A stretch of 63,873 nucleotides of DNA, the filler included, from an uncultured bacterium (lineage in GTDB: Bacteria; UBA8481): the NCBI GenBank assembly GCA_964499705.1. It is 3 parts of 3 records of this genome, joined end to end, with 100 filler letters (N's around TTAATTAATTAA, not from the genome) between each part and the next. Parts side by side here need not be neighbours in the genome. Positions count along the whole stretch, not along the records: positions 26,093 to 48,672 come from CAZCME010000032.1; positions 48,773 to 63,873 come from CAZCME010000038.1; 1 more part is not named here. One strand, written 5' to 3'. Below, piece after piece: positions 45,170 through 55,835 of the stretch. Made by a program: the position numbers and the translations under genes. The first letter of the stretch is position 1, and each line of letters opens with the position of its first letter. Under the pieces are notes generated by a model. That model saw only the letters and a program-made list of their open reading frames with translations, made no database searches and had not been told where the DNA came from.

Positions 45170-46539
45170 ACCGTCTTTGAAAAGCGGGCCTGCCCTTCCT
45201 TGTAATAGGCGTCAAAACGCATGGCGATGATGCGGATCAGGAGCCGGCCAAGCTGGGTAACGTCGATGCCGGAAGCGGAGCGAACGAGGAGACCGTCCTT
45301 CTCGAGATCCTCGAGGTTCTCGATTTCTCCGCGGAAATAATCCGCGAAATCGATCTTCGCCAGGCGCGACATTTCCGCGTAGTCGAGCGCCATGTCGCAC
45401 ATGAGCCTCTGAATCGTGACGCGCCTGATGCGATCGTCGTCGGTCAGGAGGCAGATCTTCGCCAACGGCCACTTGTTCCGGTCCAGGGCCGCGCCATAGT
45501 CGCCGATCTCCTTGAGGTTCTGCGCATACAGTTCCTCCGTCTGGGATATGGCCGACATGCCGTAAGCGTGGATATCCGCTCCGGAACGCGTGCTGTAGCC
45601 CTGGAAGTTCCTCTGCAGGGTTCCGGCCTTCTGAGCCGCCGCCAGCTCGTCATCCTGACGCGCGAAATGATCCATCCCGATATAGACATATCCAGACGAC
45701 GTCAGCTTCTCGATTGTCATCTTCAGAAGTTCGAGCTTCATCTCCGGTGACGGCAGGCTCTCATCCTTCAATATCTTCTGAGCCGGTTTCATCCACGGAA
45801 CATGCGCGTAGCTGAAGACAGCGAAGCGGTCGGGTGAAAGCGCGAGGATTTCGTCCAGCGTTTTTTCGAACGAGGCGACCGTCTGGTACGGTAGACCGTA
45901 GATAAGGTCGATGTTGAGGGACGAAAAACCCTCCTCGCGGATCCACTGGATGACTGTGGATGTCATCTCCAGGGGCTGGATCCTGTTCACGGCCTTCTGC
46001 ACTCTCGGGTCGTTGTCCTGCACTCCTATGGAAGCGCGGTTGAATCCGGATCGGGCCAGCGCCGCGACATGGTCGCGCGTCAGTTCCCGCGGATCCATCT
46101 CCACTCCCAGTTCCGCCTCAGGATCGAATCGGAACCGGCTTCGTATGATGTCGTTCAACCGCAGGATTTCATCGGGCGATAGAAACGTGGGTGTGCCGCC
46201 GCCGTAATGCATCTGCACGACCGGACGGTCCGGATGGACGAGCGGCGCGCGCAGCTCGATCTCCTGCTGCAAACGATCCAGGTATGGAGTGGTCACCGCG
46301 TGATTTCTGGTGATGACGGTCGTGCAGCCGCAGAACCAGCAGAGCGTGTCGCAGAAGGGCAGGTGAAAATAGAGGGAGAGCGGCCGGTCCGGTTGATTGG
46401 AGAGCTGCATGGCCTTCCAGGCTTCATCGCTGTCGGCGGCATCGCGGAACTGCGGCGCTGTCGGATACGAGGTGTAGCGCGGACCGGGCTTGTTGTATTT
46501 GCGGATGAGATCGAGATCGACGATGAGCGGACTGGTCAT
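45166..46539 (-). CDS. hemN: oxygen-independent coproporphyrinogen III oxidase
   Basis: GPRYTSYPTA, HLPFCDTLCWFCGC, GGGTP, IGMDHF, RNFQGYS. Confidence 0.96.
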   Translation of the reverse strand: MTSPLIVDLDLIRKYNKPGPRYTSYPTAPQFRDAADSDEAWKAMQLSNQPDRPLSLYFHLPFCDTLCWFCGCTTVITRNHAVTTPYLDRLQQEIELRAPLVHPDRPVVQMHYGGGTPTFLSPDEILRLNDIIRSRFRFDPEAELGVEMDPRELTRDHVAALARSGFNRASIGVQDNDPRVQKAVNRIQPLEMTSTVIQWIREEGFSSLNIDLIYGLPYQTVASFEKTLDEILALSPDRFAVFSYAHVPWMKPAQKILKDESLPSPEMKLELLKMTIEKLTSSGYVYIGMDHFARQDDELAAAQKAGTLQRNFQGYSTRSGADIHAYGMSAISQTEELYAQNLKEIGDYGAALDRNKWPLAKICLLTDDDRIRRVTIQRLMCDMALDYAEMSRLAKIDFADYFRGEIENLEDLEKDGLLVRSASGIDVTQLGRLLIRIIAMRFDAYYKEGQARFSKTV

Positions 46540-47609
46540 GACTTTCCGCCCGGGCGCGCGCGGTGGCTCCGGACGGTCTCCACGAGCGCCTCGATATTTT
46601 CCAGCTTCGCGTCGGGCGGCACGCCGTGCCCGAGGTTGAAGATGTGACCGGGCCGGCCCTTCATCTCGTCGATGATCCTCCGCGTGCTCCGCGCGACCGT
46701 CTCCGGGGTCGTGCGCAACAGAGCCGGATCGAGATTCCCCTGCAGCGCCATGCCGCTGGGGATGCATGAAGCGGCTTCCGACAAGGAATACGACCAGTCG
46801 ATGGAGAGGGCATCCGCGCCCGTTGCCGCGAGATCATTCCAGATCCCGTGCACGCCTCGGGCAAACACGATCACGGGAATTTTCCCATCGAGCGCCCGGA
46901 TGATGCGCTCGATCCATCGCCCAGATGCATCCCAGTAATCCTGCTGCGCCAGCATTCCTCCGAAACTGTCGAAGATCTGGATCGCATCGACGCCCGCGCG
47001 GATCTGGAGCTTGAAATACTCGATGAGGGCGCGCGTCAGGATCGCCATGAGCCGGTCGAACGATTTCCGGTCCTCGAAGAACCATTCTTTCAGATGAGCG
47101 AATTCTCCGGAGGAACCGCCTTCCGCCATGTAGTTTCCGAGGGTCCAAGGCGAACCTCCGAAACCGAGGAGGGCTGTCTCAGGAATCGCCGTGCGCAGCA
47201 GGCGCAGGGCGTCATATTCGTAGGCCAGCCGTTCGGCGATCCCTTTCGTCCGGAGACGATCGATGTCCCGGCTGCGGCGGATGCTGAACGAGAGCGAAAT
47301 CCCCTTGCCTTCGACGAAGCGGTACGACTGGCCGAGAGCTTCGGGCACGACGAGAATATCGCTGAAGAGAATCGCCGCGTCGAAACCGAAGCGACGAACC
47401 GGTTGGAGCGTGACTTCGGCAGCCAGGTCCGGATCGCGAACCAGCTCGAGAAAGGAATATTTTTTCCGGAGCCGGCGATACTCCGGCAGCGACCGGCCGG
47501 CCTGGCGCATCAGCCAGACGGGCGCACGATCCGTGCGTTCGCATCGGCAGGCGCACAGGAATCGTTCCCGCGCCGTAATGGTCTTTCTGTCAGGAGATTT
47601 CTTCACCAT
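46536..47609 (-). CDS. hemE: uroporphyrinogen decarboxylase
   Basis: PVWLMRQAGRSLPEY, AILFSDIL, QGNLDP, FNLGHG. Confidence 0.96.
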   Translation of the reverse strand: MVKKSPDRKTITARERFLCACRCERTDRAPVWLMRQAGRSLPEYRRLRKKYSFLELVRDPDLAAEVTLQPVRRFGFDAAILFSDILVVPEALGQSYRFVEGKGISLSFSIRRSRDIDRLRTKGIAERLAYEYDALRLLRTAIPETALLGFGGSPWTLGNYMAEGGSSGEFAHLKEWFFEDRKSFDRLMAILTRALIEYFKLQIRAGVDAIQIFDSFGGMLAQQDYWDASGRWIERIIRALDGKIPVIVFARGVHGIWNDLAATGADALSIDWSYSLSEAASCIPSGMALQGNLDPALLRTTPETVARSTRRIIDEMKGRPGHIFNLGHGVPPDAKLENIEALVETVRSHRARPGGKS

Positions 47610-47616
47610 GCGTTGC

Positions 47617-48492
47617 TCATATCCGGCCTTTCAATTCCATGATCTGATCCACGAGCGAAGGCGGATCATAGCCCAATGCATAGGCGCGGGCGCTGTCCAG
47701 CGCCACATCCGGCGGGCGCGGCGCCGCCATCGGCACATCCTTCTGACGGCACGGCTTGATATCGGCCGAGACGATTTCCAGCCGGGAAGCCAGCATCAGG
47801 CCGAAATCATGGCGGCTGATCCGTTCACGACCTCCGAGATGAATCAGGCCGTTCACCTTCGCCAGCGCCAGCAGCAAGCCCTGGCTCGCGACGCGTCCAC
47901 TGACCGGCGTCCGGAATTCATCCATGAAGAGACGCAGCTCCTGCCCCGCACGCATCGACTTCAGAAACGGCTGGATGAAACTCGTCGCCACCGGTCCCGG
48001 ATCTCCGAACATCAAAGGCATCCGGCTGACCGCCGCGCGGGGATAGCGTTCCATGATGCCCTTCTCCGCCTCGACCTTCTGTTCGGCGTAATAGCTGACC
48101 GGCGAAACAGGATCGGATTCCCTGTAAGGCGACCGTGTCCCGTCGAAGACAAGATCAGTGGAACAGAAGGCAAGAGCAATACCGCGATCCGCGCAGAGGC
48201 CGGCGATGTTCAGGGCGGCATCCACGTTGATCTTCTGCGATTCCGATCGGTGTTCCTGGCAATAATTCGGCTGTGAAGCCGCCGCAGTATGGATCATCGC
48301 ATCCGGCTTGATGGAGGAGAACATTTCCTTCAAGGCGCGATAATCCGTCAGATCGACCTTCTCGACCGTCGCTCCGTCGAGCTCGATCCGGCGTGAATGA
48401 ACTGTCGCATAGACTTCCCAATCCCGTCCCGCGGTTTGCACAAGATTCCATCCCAGGAATCCACCGCCACCGGTAACGAGAAGTTTTTTCAT
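47617..48492 (-). CDS. RmlD/MAT2B-like NAD(P)-dependent oxidoreductase
   Basis: LLVTGGGGFLG, STDLVFDG, YRESDPVSPVSYYAEQK; start ATG 48492. Confidence 0.88.
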   Translation of the reverse strand: MKKLLVTGGGGFLGWNLVQTAGRDWEVYATVHSRRIELDGATVEKVDLTDYRALKEMFSSIKPDAMIHTAAASQPNYCQEHRSESQKINVDAALNIAGLCADRGIALAFCSTDLVFDGTRSPYRESDPVSPVSYYAEQKVEAEKGIMERYPRAAVSRMPLMFGDPGPVATSFIQPFLKSMRAGQELRLFMDEFRTPVSGRVASQGLLLALAKVNGLIHLGGRERISRHDFGLMLASRLEIVSADIKPCRQKDVPMAAPRPPDVALDSARAYALGYDPPSLVDQIMELKGRI

Positions 48493-48601
48493 CCGTTTAT
48501 CATAGAAGAGAATGCCCCTTGGATGAAGCTCATTCAAGACAGCGGCACCCAGCGAAATGAATTGATCTTGATATCGGTGCGTGGTAACGTATGTGCCTCG
48601 T

Positions 48602-48672
<71 letters not shown>

Positions 48673-48772
48673 NNNNNNNNNNNNNNNNNNNNNNNNNNNN
48701 NNNNNNNNNNNNNNNNTTAATTAATTAANNNNNNNNNNNNNNNNNNNNNNNNNNNNNNNNNNNNNNNNNNNN
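48673..48772. other. artificial contig linker
   Basis: N-run enclosing TTAATTAATTAA. Confidence 0.97.
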
Positions 48773-49106
48773 TGATGCTGTCGATTCGGATGCGGGAGAT
48801 TTCCTGGCGGTGGCCGCGCTTGCGGCGGTAGTTCTTCACCTTCTTGAATTTGAAGACGAGGATCTTCGCGGCGCGCTCGTGAGCGAGGACGGTCGCCTTG
48901 ACCGAGGCGCCGTTCAAGGCGGGAGTACCAACCTTGACCTGCGAACCGTCTTCGAGGAGGAGAGTCCTGCCGAGCGTGAACTGGGTTCCGATATCGCCGG
49001 GAACGCGATCGACCGTGAGGATGTCGCCTTCCTCGACGCGGAACTGCTTGCCGTTTAATTCCACGATGGCGTACCGCGATTTAACCTGTGCTGAATCTGC
49101 AATCAT
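48773..49106 (-). CDS. rplU: 50S ribosomal protein L21 (last codons cut by the contig end)
   Basis: YAIVELNGKQFRVEEGD, KILVFKFKK.KNYRRKRGHRQ. Confidence 0.95.
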
Positions 49107-49226
49107 AAGGCGGGAACTATATCCGCACGTTCCAGGATGCGCAAGCGAATTTCTCCAGAAAAAAGTGCCCGAGGGCGCGTGGGATTCGATTTGCAATTTC
49201 GGTACGCATCGGACAAGATTCTGCGC

Positions 49227-50315
49227 ATGTCGAACACCTCGTCCGGCGAAACCGGTTTCTCCTTAAGCTCGTCACAGAAAATGCTGCTGATGGCGCTCGG
49301 CGCCCTGTACACGATCCTCATGCTCCTCTGGTGGATGAACAACAGGAACAAGCCGCTCCTCGGCGTCGGCTCCGTCGAAGGCTTCAACCGGATGCCTCCG
49401 CCCGTGGCCGCGGAGGCGCCGATGACCTGGAGATTCGCGCCGAGCATCGCGCAGATGGCGGTTCCGCATGTGATCTCTCCGGCTGCCGTTGCCACCGAGA
49501 TCAAGCGGCTCGAGAAGATCGGAGAGGGCGCCAACGGAGCCGTTGTGTATCGCGCCTCCTATCTTTCCGATTCCATCACCGTTTACGGGGTGCTGGGAGT
49601 ACCGGCGAAGACGCCCGCGCCGGCCGTCGTCGTCTGCCATCCTTCCGACTCGCCCTATCAGACGGGAATGCATACCCTGGATACCGTGAAGTGGCTGGCG
49701 GAACTGGGGATCCTGGCCTTCGCGCCCGATTACCGGGGATGGGGTCCTTCGGGTGGAACTCGCGGCACGGAAGTCCGCGATGTTTACAATGCGCTCGCGA
49801 CGCTTCGCGCGGATGACGCCAACGTGCGAGACGACCGCATCGGATTGATCGGCTATTCGATGGGCGGAGGAATCGCCGCGACCGCGGCCGCCGCCGACAC
49901 GAACCTGGCACTTCTTGTACTGTACTACCCGCAGATGCGCGGCTCGGTGGAGGAACTGCAATCCGCGGTCCGGTACGGCCAGTTCGAGAAGGGATCCGGC
50001 GGCATCCGGCAGTTGATCCAGGAAGCGCGCGCCGCCGGCGCCGATGCCTCCGAGATGGAATACACGCTCCGGATGATCTCGCCGATCTATCACCTCCGCG
50101 AATTCGCCGGCCGCGTCGCCCTGTTTCACAGCGAGGACGACCAGGTGGTTTCGATCCGCCAGTCCGAGGGGCTCGTGAACGAGTACGGCCGCCTGGGCAA
50201 GCCGGTGAAGATCTTCAAGTACAAGGACCTGGGGCATGCCTTCGCGAATTCCATCGAGAACAAGTCGAAGGCGGACTTGGAAGCGGTTCTGAAGGAGAGC
50301 CTTCTTGCCGGGTAG
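49227..50315 (+). CDS. membrane-anchored alpha/beta hydrolase (S9/dienelactone hydrolase-like)
   Basis: N-terminal TM helix; APDYRG.G.S, GYSMGG, HSEDDQVV, GHAF (Ser-Asp-His triad). Confidence 0.85.
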   Translation: MSNTSSGETGFSLSSSQKMLLMALGALYTILMLLWWMNNRNKPLLGVGSVEGFNRMPPPVAAEAPMTWRFAPSIAQMAVPHVISPAAVATEIKRLEKIGEGANGAVVYRASYLSDSITVYGVLGVPAKTPAPAVVVCHPSDSPYQTGMHTLDTVKWLAELGILAFAPDYRGWGPSGGTRGTEVRDVYNALATLRADDANVRDDRIGLIGYSMGGGIAATAAAADTNLALLVLYYPQMRGSVEELQSAVRYGQFEKGSGGIRQLIQEARAAGADASEMEYTLRMISPIYHLREFAGRVALFHSEDDQVVSIRQSEGLVNEYGRLGKPVKIFKYKDLGHAFANSIENKSKADLEAVLKESLLAG

Positions 50316-50371
50316 GGGAATGCGGAATAGAATCGTCCTGCTTCATATACAGGCCGCGAGGTGAGGGAATC

Positions 50372-51859
50372 ATGACCAGGAAAACTCTGCAGCAATCATT
50401 GACCGTCGGCATTCTCCTCATCGTCTCGATCACTGTCGCGCTCGCGACTGTGTTTCCGATCAGCGGATCGGAGCACGGTTACTGGGTTTCGCGATTCACT
50501 CCAACTTCGTCGGCTCCCAATGATACCGGCGTCGCCCTCTTCAAGTATTTTTCGCAGGCGGATTCGCGCGCCATCGGCTTGCACTTCACGGGCGGATCGG
50601 GCGCGCTTGACACGGGAATCGCCACATGGGGAGCGACCACCCCGTTCTACCTCTTCGGGTCGGTCGCATCATCAGGAAGCGCCCTGCGTTATGTTCAATT
50701 GACCGACACCGCGCAGATCAACTTGCTGACGACATCCTATTCCGACTCCATCACGGCGGCGGCTGCCGCAACCACGTGGTCCAATCCCCTGCGGGGCACG
50801 ACGGGCACCGCGACCGATTCCTTTCTGTACGACACTCCGAATTTCGGTCGCGCCGCGCTGACGACCGTCGCGAACGATTCGAGCATCCGCTTCTTTGTGG
50901 CCAGCGACAAGGCGACCGATTCAGCGCGGACGGTTTTTATCAGGCCGGGCGGTCAGATACATGACACCTACATGATCCGCACGTCCGGCGGCGGAAACGG
51001 CGTGGAGACGTTTTCCACGCCGAATGTCTTTGTGTTTGAAGCAGGGATCACGCGGATATTTCAATTCTTCTGGAACTCCGATTCGGGAAAGCTCCAGGTC
51101 AAGGAACGCACATGGTTCACCGGTGCCTCACAAACATTTCTTACGGGAGGGACCGGTTCGGCGGGCAGCATCAACCTGACCGCCAATATCAGGGCGTTGT
51201 CCATCTCGGTCAATTCCATAGGCATGGCGAATCAGGCCGCGTCCGTAATTATCATGGCCAGCCCGAGCGCGCCCGGCTCTCACAATGCCTCCGATCTCTA
51301 TCTGACCGTGGATTCCAACTCGTCGGTCATCGGATTCGACACCCGTTTTCCAAATTCCGTCTTCGACATCACCGTGATCGATTCCACGGGCGCCACGATT
51401 ACGAAATTGCCGGCCGGCCAGAAATATCTCGTGACCCTGACCTATGCGTTTAATGAAATTCCACTCGCGAAGGTTCAAAGAGCAAAGCTGCTGCACTACA
51501 ATTTCGCGTCCAATTCCTGGGATGCCTTGACGACTACCGTCACCGTGGACACCAGCGGCAATTCCGGCAACGCCGTCGCGATCGCCGAGGTATCGGAGTT
51601 CTCCCAGTTCGCTTTCGGTACGCTGTCTCCCGGGTCGGAAATCTCCAACGACGACAATAATTGCCTGATCGCATCGTCCGCATCCGGTACGTCGGCGGAA
51701 CGGGGTCTGCCGGGGCTCCGGTCGCTTCGCGACGCGGCGCTCGAGTCCGTTATCGGGCGATTCCTCGTCGGAGGTTACTACTCCGCAATGATCATCCTGC
51801 TCGCGCTCTCGCTGCCCCTCCCGCTCCTGGCGGTCGCGCGTCGAACTTTCCGGGACTGA
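50372..51859 (+). CDS. exported Ser/Thr-rich surface protein with a CFI-box-CTERM-like C-terminus
   Basis: signal peptide; CLIASSASG...LRSLRD...IGRFLVGGYYS, then a TM helix and RRTFRD. Confidence 0.75.
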   Translation: MTRKTLQQSLTVGILLIVSITVALATVFPISGSEHGYWVSRFTPTSSAPNDTGVALFKYFSQADSRAIGLHFTGGSGALDTGIATWGATTPFYLFGSVASSGSALRYVQLTDTAQINLLTTSYSDSITAAAAATTWSNPLRGTTGTATDSFLYDTPNFGRAALTTVANDSSIRFFVASDKATDSARTVFIRPGGQIHDTYMIRTSGGGNGVETFSTPNVFVFEAGITRIFQFFWNSDSGKLQVKERTWFTGASQTFLTGGTGSAGSINLTANIRALSISVNSIGMANQAASVIIMASPSAPGSHNASDLYLTVDSNSSVIGFDTRFPNSVFDITVIDSTGATITKLPAGQKYLVTLTYAFNEIPLAKVQRAKLLHYNFASNSWDALTTTVTVDTSGNSGNAVAIAEVSEFSQFAFGTLSPGSEISNDDNNCLIASSASGTSAERGLPGLRSLRDAALESVIGRFLVGGYYSAMIILLALSLPLPLLAVARRTFRD

Positions 51860-51916
51860 CGACGATTCCTCGTTTCCGGGACCGATCCTTTCCGTTCATC
51901 CTCATGGAGGCTTTCC

Positions 51917-53257
51917 GTGGCTGAAAAAATATTCGTCCTCGATACCAATGTGCTGCTCCACGATTCAGCTTCCATTCGTTCCTTCGGAGCCGATAACGAG
52001 GTCGTTATTCCGATCACCGTTCTCGAGGAACTGGATCAGTTCAAGAAGCGACAGGATGAAGTGGGAAGGAACGCGCGCCAGGTGACGCGCGACCTGGATG
52101 TGCTCCGCCAGTCGGGACCTCTGGCTTCCGGCGTGCCTCTCCCCAGCGGCGGAAGCATCCGGATCGAGCTCGGCCACCAGGACGGCACAACGCTTCCTTC
52201 GGGCTTCAGCGTGGAAAAACCCGACGTCCGTATCCTCTCGCTCGCGCATCACCTGACGCGCACCGAGGCGCGTTCCGCGCACTCCAAGCATGTCACGCTC
52301 ATCACCAAGGACATCAATCTTCGCGTCAAGGCTGACGCGGTCGGAGTCGCCACGCAGGATTACGAGACCATGACGATCGATCCGGACGAGCTGTACACCG
52401 GACAGAGAACGATCCAGGTGTCCACCGATGCGGTGAACGCCTACTACCGCGATAAGGTGTTCCGCGGGCCGTTCGAATCGGAACCCTGGCCGAATGAATT
52501 CGTGATGCTCCAGGATGAGGCCAATCCCGACCACACCGCTCTCGGGAAATATTCGACCGTGGAGCGCGCCGTTGTTTTCCTGAACCATGCCGATGATGTC
52601 TCCATATTCGGCATCCGGCCCCTCAACAAGGAACAGCGCTATACCATCGAGCTGCTGATGGACGACTCCGTCTGCCTCGTGGCGCTCGTCGGAATCGCCG
52701 GCACCGGCAAGACGCTGCTTGCCTTGGCGGCGGGCCTCGAGAAAGTCGTGAACACCGATTCCTTCCGCCGCCTCCTCGTCTCCAAGCCGATCATGCCGAT
52801 GGGCAAGGACATCGGGTACCTGCCGGGCGATATCGAGGAGAAGCTGATGCCCCGGATGCAGTCGGTCTCCGACAATCTCGAGTACCTCTTCATGGCCGGC
52901 GGCAGCGTCGAATCGGGGGATGGACGGCTGCAGGAGCTGATCGAGGACGGCATAGTCGAGCTCGAACCGCTCACCTACATCCGCGGCCGATCCATTCCCG
53001 GCCAGTACGTCATCGTGGATGAAGCGCAGAACCTGACTCCCCTGGAACTGAAGACGATCATCACGCGCGCCGGCAAGGGATCGAAGATCATTCTCTGCGG
53101 CGATCCACAGCAGATCGACCATCCCTATCTCGATTCCCGATCCAACGGACTCTCGCACGTCATCGAGCGATTCAAGGGCGAGCCGCTCTTCGGAGCCGTG
53201 ACGCTGTACAAGGGCGAGCGGTCCGATCTCGCGGAAGCCGCCGCGAAGAGGCTGTAG
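51917..53257 (+). CDS. PIN-PhoH (PhoH2/YlaK-like) protein
   Basis: FVLDTNVLLHD, TKDINLRVKA, GIAGTGKT, GYLPG, YIRGRS, DEAQNLT. Confidence 0.93.
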   Translation: MAEKIFVLDTNVLLHDSASIRSFGADNEVVIPITVLEELDQFKKRQDEVGRNARQVTRDLDVLRQSGPLASGVPLPSGGSIRIELGHQDGTTLPSGFSVEKPDVRILSLAHHLTRTEARSAHSKHVTLITKDINLRVKADAVGVATQDYETMTIDPDELYTGQRTIQVSTDAVNAYYRDKVFRGPFESEPWPNEFVMLQDEANPDHTALGKYSTVERAVVFLNHADDVSIFGIRPLNKEQRYTIELLMDDSVCLVALVGIAGTGKTLLALAAGLEKVVNTDSFRRLLVSKPIMPMGKDIGYLPGDIEEKLMPRMQSVSDNLEYLFMAGGSVESGDGRLQELIEDGIVELEPLTYIRGRSIPGQYVIVDEAQNLTPLELKTIITRAGKGSKIILCGDPQQIDHPYLDSRSNGLSHVIERFKGEPLFGAVTLYKGERSDLAEAAAKRL

Positions 53258-53277
53258 AAGAAGCAGGAAGGACGACG

Positions 53278-53976
53278 TTGTTTCCAGCCGCAGCTCATAA
53301 GCCTTTTCCCGTATTGATTCTCGCGCCGGAGATCGTTGCGGAGGCCATGGCGCTCAAACCTCGCGCGGTGGAATTCCGCGCGGACCTCTTTCGCGATTAT
53401 TCCATCGGTGAAATGAAGAAGGTGATGAGCCGGTTTGCGGCGAGGGGAAGCCCGACGCTTCTGACCATTCGCCGCAGGCACGATGGCGGCGCCTGGCGGG
53501 ATGTTCTTGAAAAGGATCGTCGCGCGCTTTTTACAAAGCTGCTCCCCCTGGCCGATGCCGTGGACCTGGAACTGGATCGGCTCGCTTCCGCCCGATCCCG
53601 ATTGCCGGACGTGCTGAAGCGGGCGCGCGCCGCCAAAATTCCCGTTTTCGTCTCGCGCCATTTCATGAAGCGCATGCCGTCGATTGCGGAGCTCGACGTA
53701 TGGTTGGCGCGCGCGCAGGAGTTCTCCGCCGCCCGGTTCAAGATCGCGGGTTTCGCCGCGAAAAAGAGCGAGGCCGAACGCCTCGCGCGATGGGCGCTCG
53801 AAAGTTCCTCGCCGTCACTGCCCATCACGGCCGTCGCCATGGGAAAGGCCGGATCGTGGACGCGCTGGAAATTACCGCTCCTTCTCGGCGGCCCCGCGTA
53901 TGCGCCGCTCCGCGATGCCGTGGCTCCCGGCCAGATCTCCTACACGGATCTGCTGAAAAAAATGCGCGCGCGCTGA
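53278..53976 (+). CDS. aroD: type I 3-dehydroquinate dehydratase
   Basis: VEFRAD, LLTIRRRHDGG, VDLEL, SRHF, FKIA, AMGKAG..TR, APGQI. Confidence 0.85.
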   Translation: MFPAAAHKPFPVLILAPEIVAEAMALKPRAVEFRADLFRDYSIGEMKKVMSRFAARGSPTLLTIRRRHDGGAWRDVLEKDRRALFTKLLPLADAVDLELDRLASARSRLPDVLKRARAAKIPVFVSRHFMKRMPSIAELDVWLARAQEFSAARFKIAGFAAKKSEAERLARWALESSSPSLPITAVAMGKAGSWTRWKLPLLLGGPAYAPLRDAVAPGQISYTDLLKKMRAR

Positions 53977-53991
53977 TTCCGCCGCGGACCG

Positions 53992-54408
53992 TTATCGAGC
54001 CGAGGGATGACGGGGCATGAGCGCGGTCACGAACGACAATCCCGACGCGATGGCTCCGGCAATACCGATGGTCCTCAATCCCTCCGCCATCGCATCCAGC
54101 GGCGCCGCCTGCACGGCGGCGGCCATGGTTTCGAAGATGCCGCGGCCCGGAACCAGAGGGATGATGGCGCACGTGGAGAAAATAGTCGCGGGACTGCGCG
54201 TCAGCCGCGCCATGACTTCGCCGTAGCCTCCGACCCATATCGCCGCCGTGAACGTGGCGAAGATGGTGGAAGATGAAAAATCGAATGCGCCGAGATAGAT
54301 CCACCAGCAGCACCCGCCGCCGAGGCCGACCGGCAGCAGCAGGCGCGGAGGAACCTGGAAGAGCACGGCGAACCCCATCGTGGCGATGAAGGCGTAGAGC
54401 GGCTGCAT
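53992..54408 (-). CDS. threonine/serine exporter family protein (ThrE_2, YjjB-like)
   Basis: GFAVLFQVP, PATIF..AIIPLVPG. Confidence 0.85.
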   Translation of the reverse strand: MQPLYAFIATMGFAVLFQVPPRLLLPVGLGGGCCWWIYLGAFDFSSSTIFATFTAAIWVGGYGEVMARLTRSPATIFSTCAIIPLVPGRGIFETMAAAVQAAPLDAMAEGLRTIGIAGAIASGLSFVTALMPRHPSAR

Positions 54409-55160
54409 CAGGCCGCGAACCGGGCGATGAGATCGCCGCATTTCAACGCGAAGCCGGCTCCGACCGCCAGGGCGGCGGCGAGCAGAAAGGCTTCGAGGCC
54501 GCGCGAGAGTCCCGCGACCAGGTCTCCTTCGATCGTGTCGCGGACGGAGTTGGTGATCGCGATGCCGGGCACGAGGAGCATGAGCGGACCCGAGGTGAGC
54601 GAACCGAGATCGACTCCGGGCCGGACGGCGACGGCCGCCATCGCGAGAAAGACGACGAGCGCGGAATTTCCCATGCGCTCGAAATAGGGAGGAATGCCCG
54701 CGCGATCGAGGAGGATTCCGGAGAATGTGATGATGGGACCGATCGCGAGAGCGAAGCCGAATTCATTCGAGCCGCCTCCGAAGAGGAGCGCGAAGCAGGC
54801 GGCGATCCAGGAGGAGGCGAGAACGCGGATCGCGAGCGTGAAACGGCGCGGCGGTGTTTCCCGGCGCAGCGCCGTCTTGAAGGCGTCGAGCGGCAGCGAG
54901 CCGCTCTCCAGGTTCCTGACGAGGCTCTCGATCCGGCATATCTCGCCGAGGTTGATGCCGCGCCGTTCGATTCGGCGCACGATCGATTTCTGTCCGTCCG
55001 CATCATCCCCGCTCGCCATGATCCCCGTGGGTGTGACGAAGCTGTGGCAGGATTTCATGCCCGCTGCGCCCGCGGTTCGCGCGAGCAGCTGCTCGGCGCG
55101 GTAGGTCTCCCCGCCGTTCTCTATGACGCGCCGCGCGACTTCAGCGACGAGGTCGAGCAT
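54408..55160 (-). CDS. threonine/serine exporter family protein (ThrE, YjjP-like)
   Basis: ENGGETYRAE, FVTPTGI, LVPGIAITNSVRD..GDLVAG. Confidence 0.9.
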   Translation of the reverse strand: MLDLVAEVARRVIENGGETYRAEQLLARTAGAAGMKSCHSFVTPTGIMASGDDADGQKSIVRRIERRGINLGEICRIESLVRNLESGSLPLDAFKTALRRETPPRRFTLAIRVLASSWIAACFALLFGGGSNEFGFALAIGPIITFSGILLDRAGIPPYFERMGNSALVVFLAMAAVAVRPGVDLGSLTSGPLMLLVPGIAITNSVRDTIEGDLVAGLSRGLEAFLLAAALAVGAGFALKCGDLIARFAA

Positions 55161-55169
55161 GTGAGGGTG

Positions 55170-55817
55170 TCAGCGCGCGTTTCTGACGACCGGAGTGATT
55201 TCGTCGGCGGCTTTCGTGAGGCAGTCCTTCAGGCCGGCCTGAAGGAATTTCACCAGGGTCTCCTGGTCGAGCCGCCGCGCGGTGGAAGCCAGGCCCGCGA
55301 TCCCCACCCATTCATCCGCGTTTCGGGAAGCGGAGAATCTTTTCTCCAGGATCGTTCCCCGCGCGGTCGTGACCTTCAGGTCGAGGACGACGCCGGCGGA
55401 GAGCTTGTCGTGAGTCCAGATCCAGGTCACGTAGCTGACATAGGGGATGAACGCGGTTCGCGGGGGGACGATGAAGGCGCGGTAGTTCGCGATGCGGCCG
55501 GTGATATGAATCGGAGCCGGCGCGACCGAGGTCGCGTCGATGCCGCGCGCCCGGAGCTCGTCGATGAGAGCGGTCGTGATGCCGGAGGAAACGTTGTCGG
55601 AGTAGAGCGCATCCTTCGTGGACTTGTTGAAGAGCCCGGCGCCGGCGCCGGTTTTCTCGTCCTCGGCGCGCGCGTCTTCGAGAAGCAGCACGGCGACGCG
55701 CGGCGCTCCCGCGCCCACGACGGGAGCCGGCTCGATGCGGTAGGCCGACTGCATCGGAGCGCATGCGGTCGATGCCATGACACAAAGCATGAATGTGATG
55801 GAGGTGAATGTCTTCAT
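55170..55817 (-). CDS. hypothetical lipoprotein
   Basis: AAGGGAG RBS; lipobox-like STAC at residue 19; VAVLLLEDAR. Confidence 0.7.
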   Translation of the reverse strand: MKTFTSITFMLCVMASTACAPMQSAYRIEPAPVVGAGAPRVAVLLLEDARAEDEKTGAGAGLFNKSTKDALYSDNVSSGITTALIDELRARGIDATSVAPAPIHITGRIANYRAFIVPPRTAFIPYVSYVTWIWTHDKLSAGVVLDLKVTTARGTILEKRFSASRNADEWVGIAGLASTARRLDQETLVKFLQAGLKDCLTKAADEITPVVRNAR

Positions 55818-55835
55818 GAAGGAGCTCCCTTGGTA

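Noticed and set aside
51917-53257. PIN-PhoH as a novel toxin or defence system
   Set aside because: A well-known, widespread family; no antitoxin or defence context here
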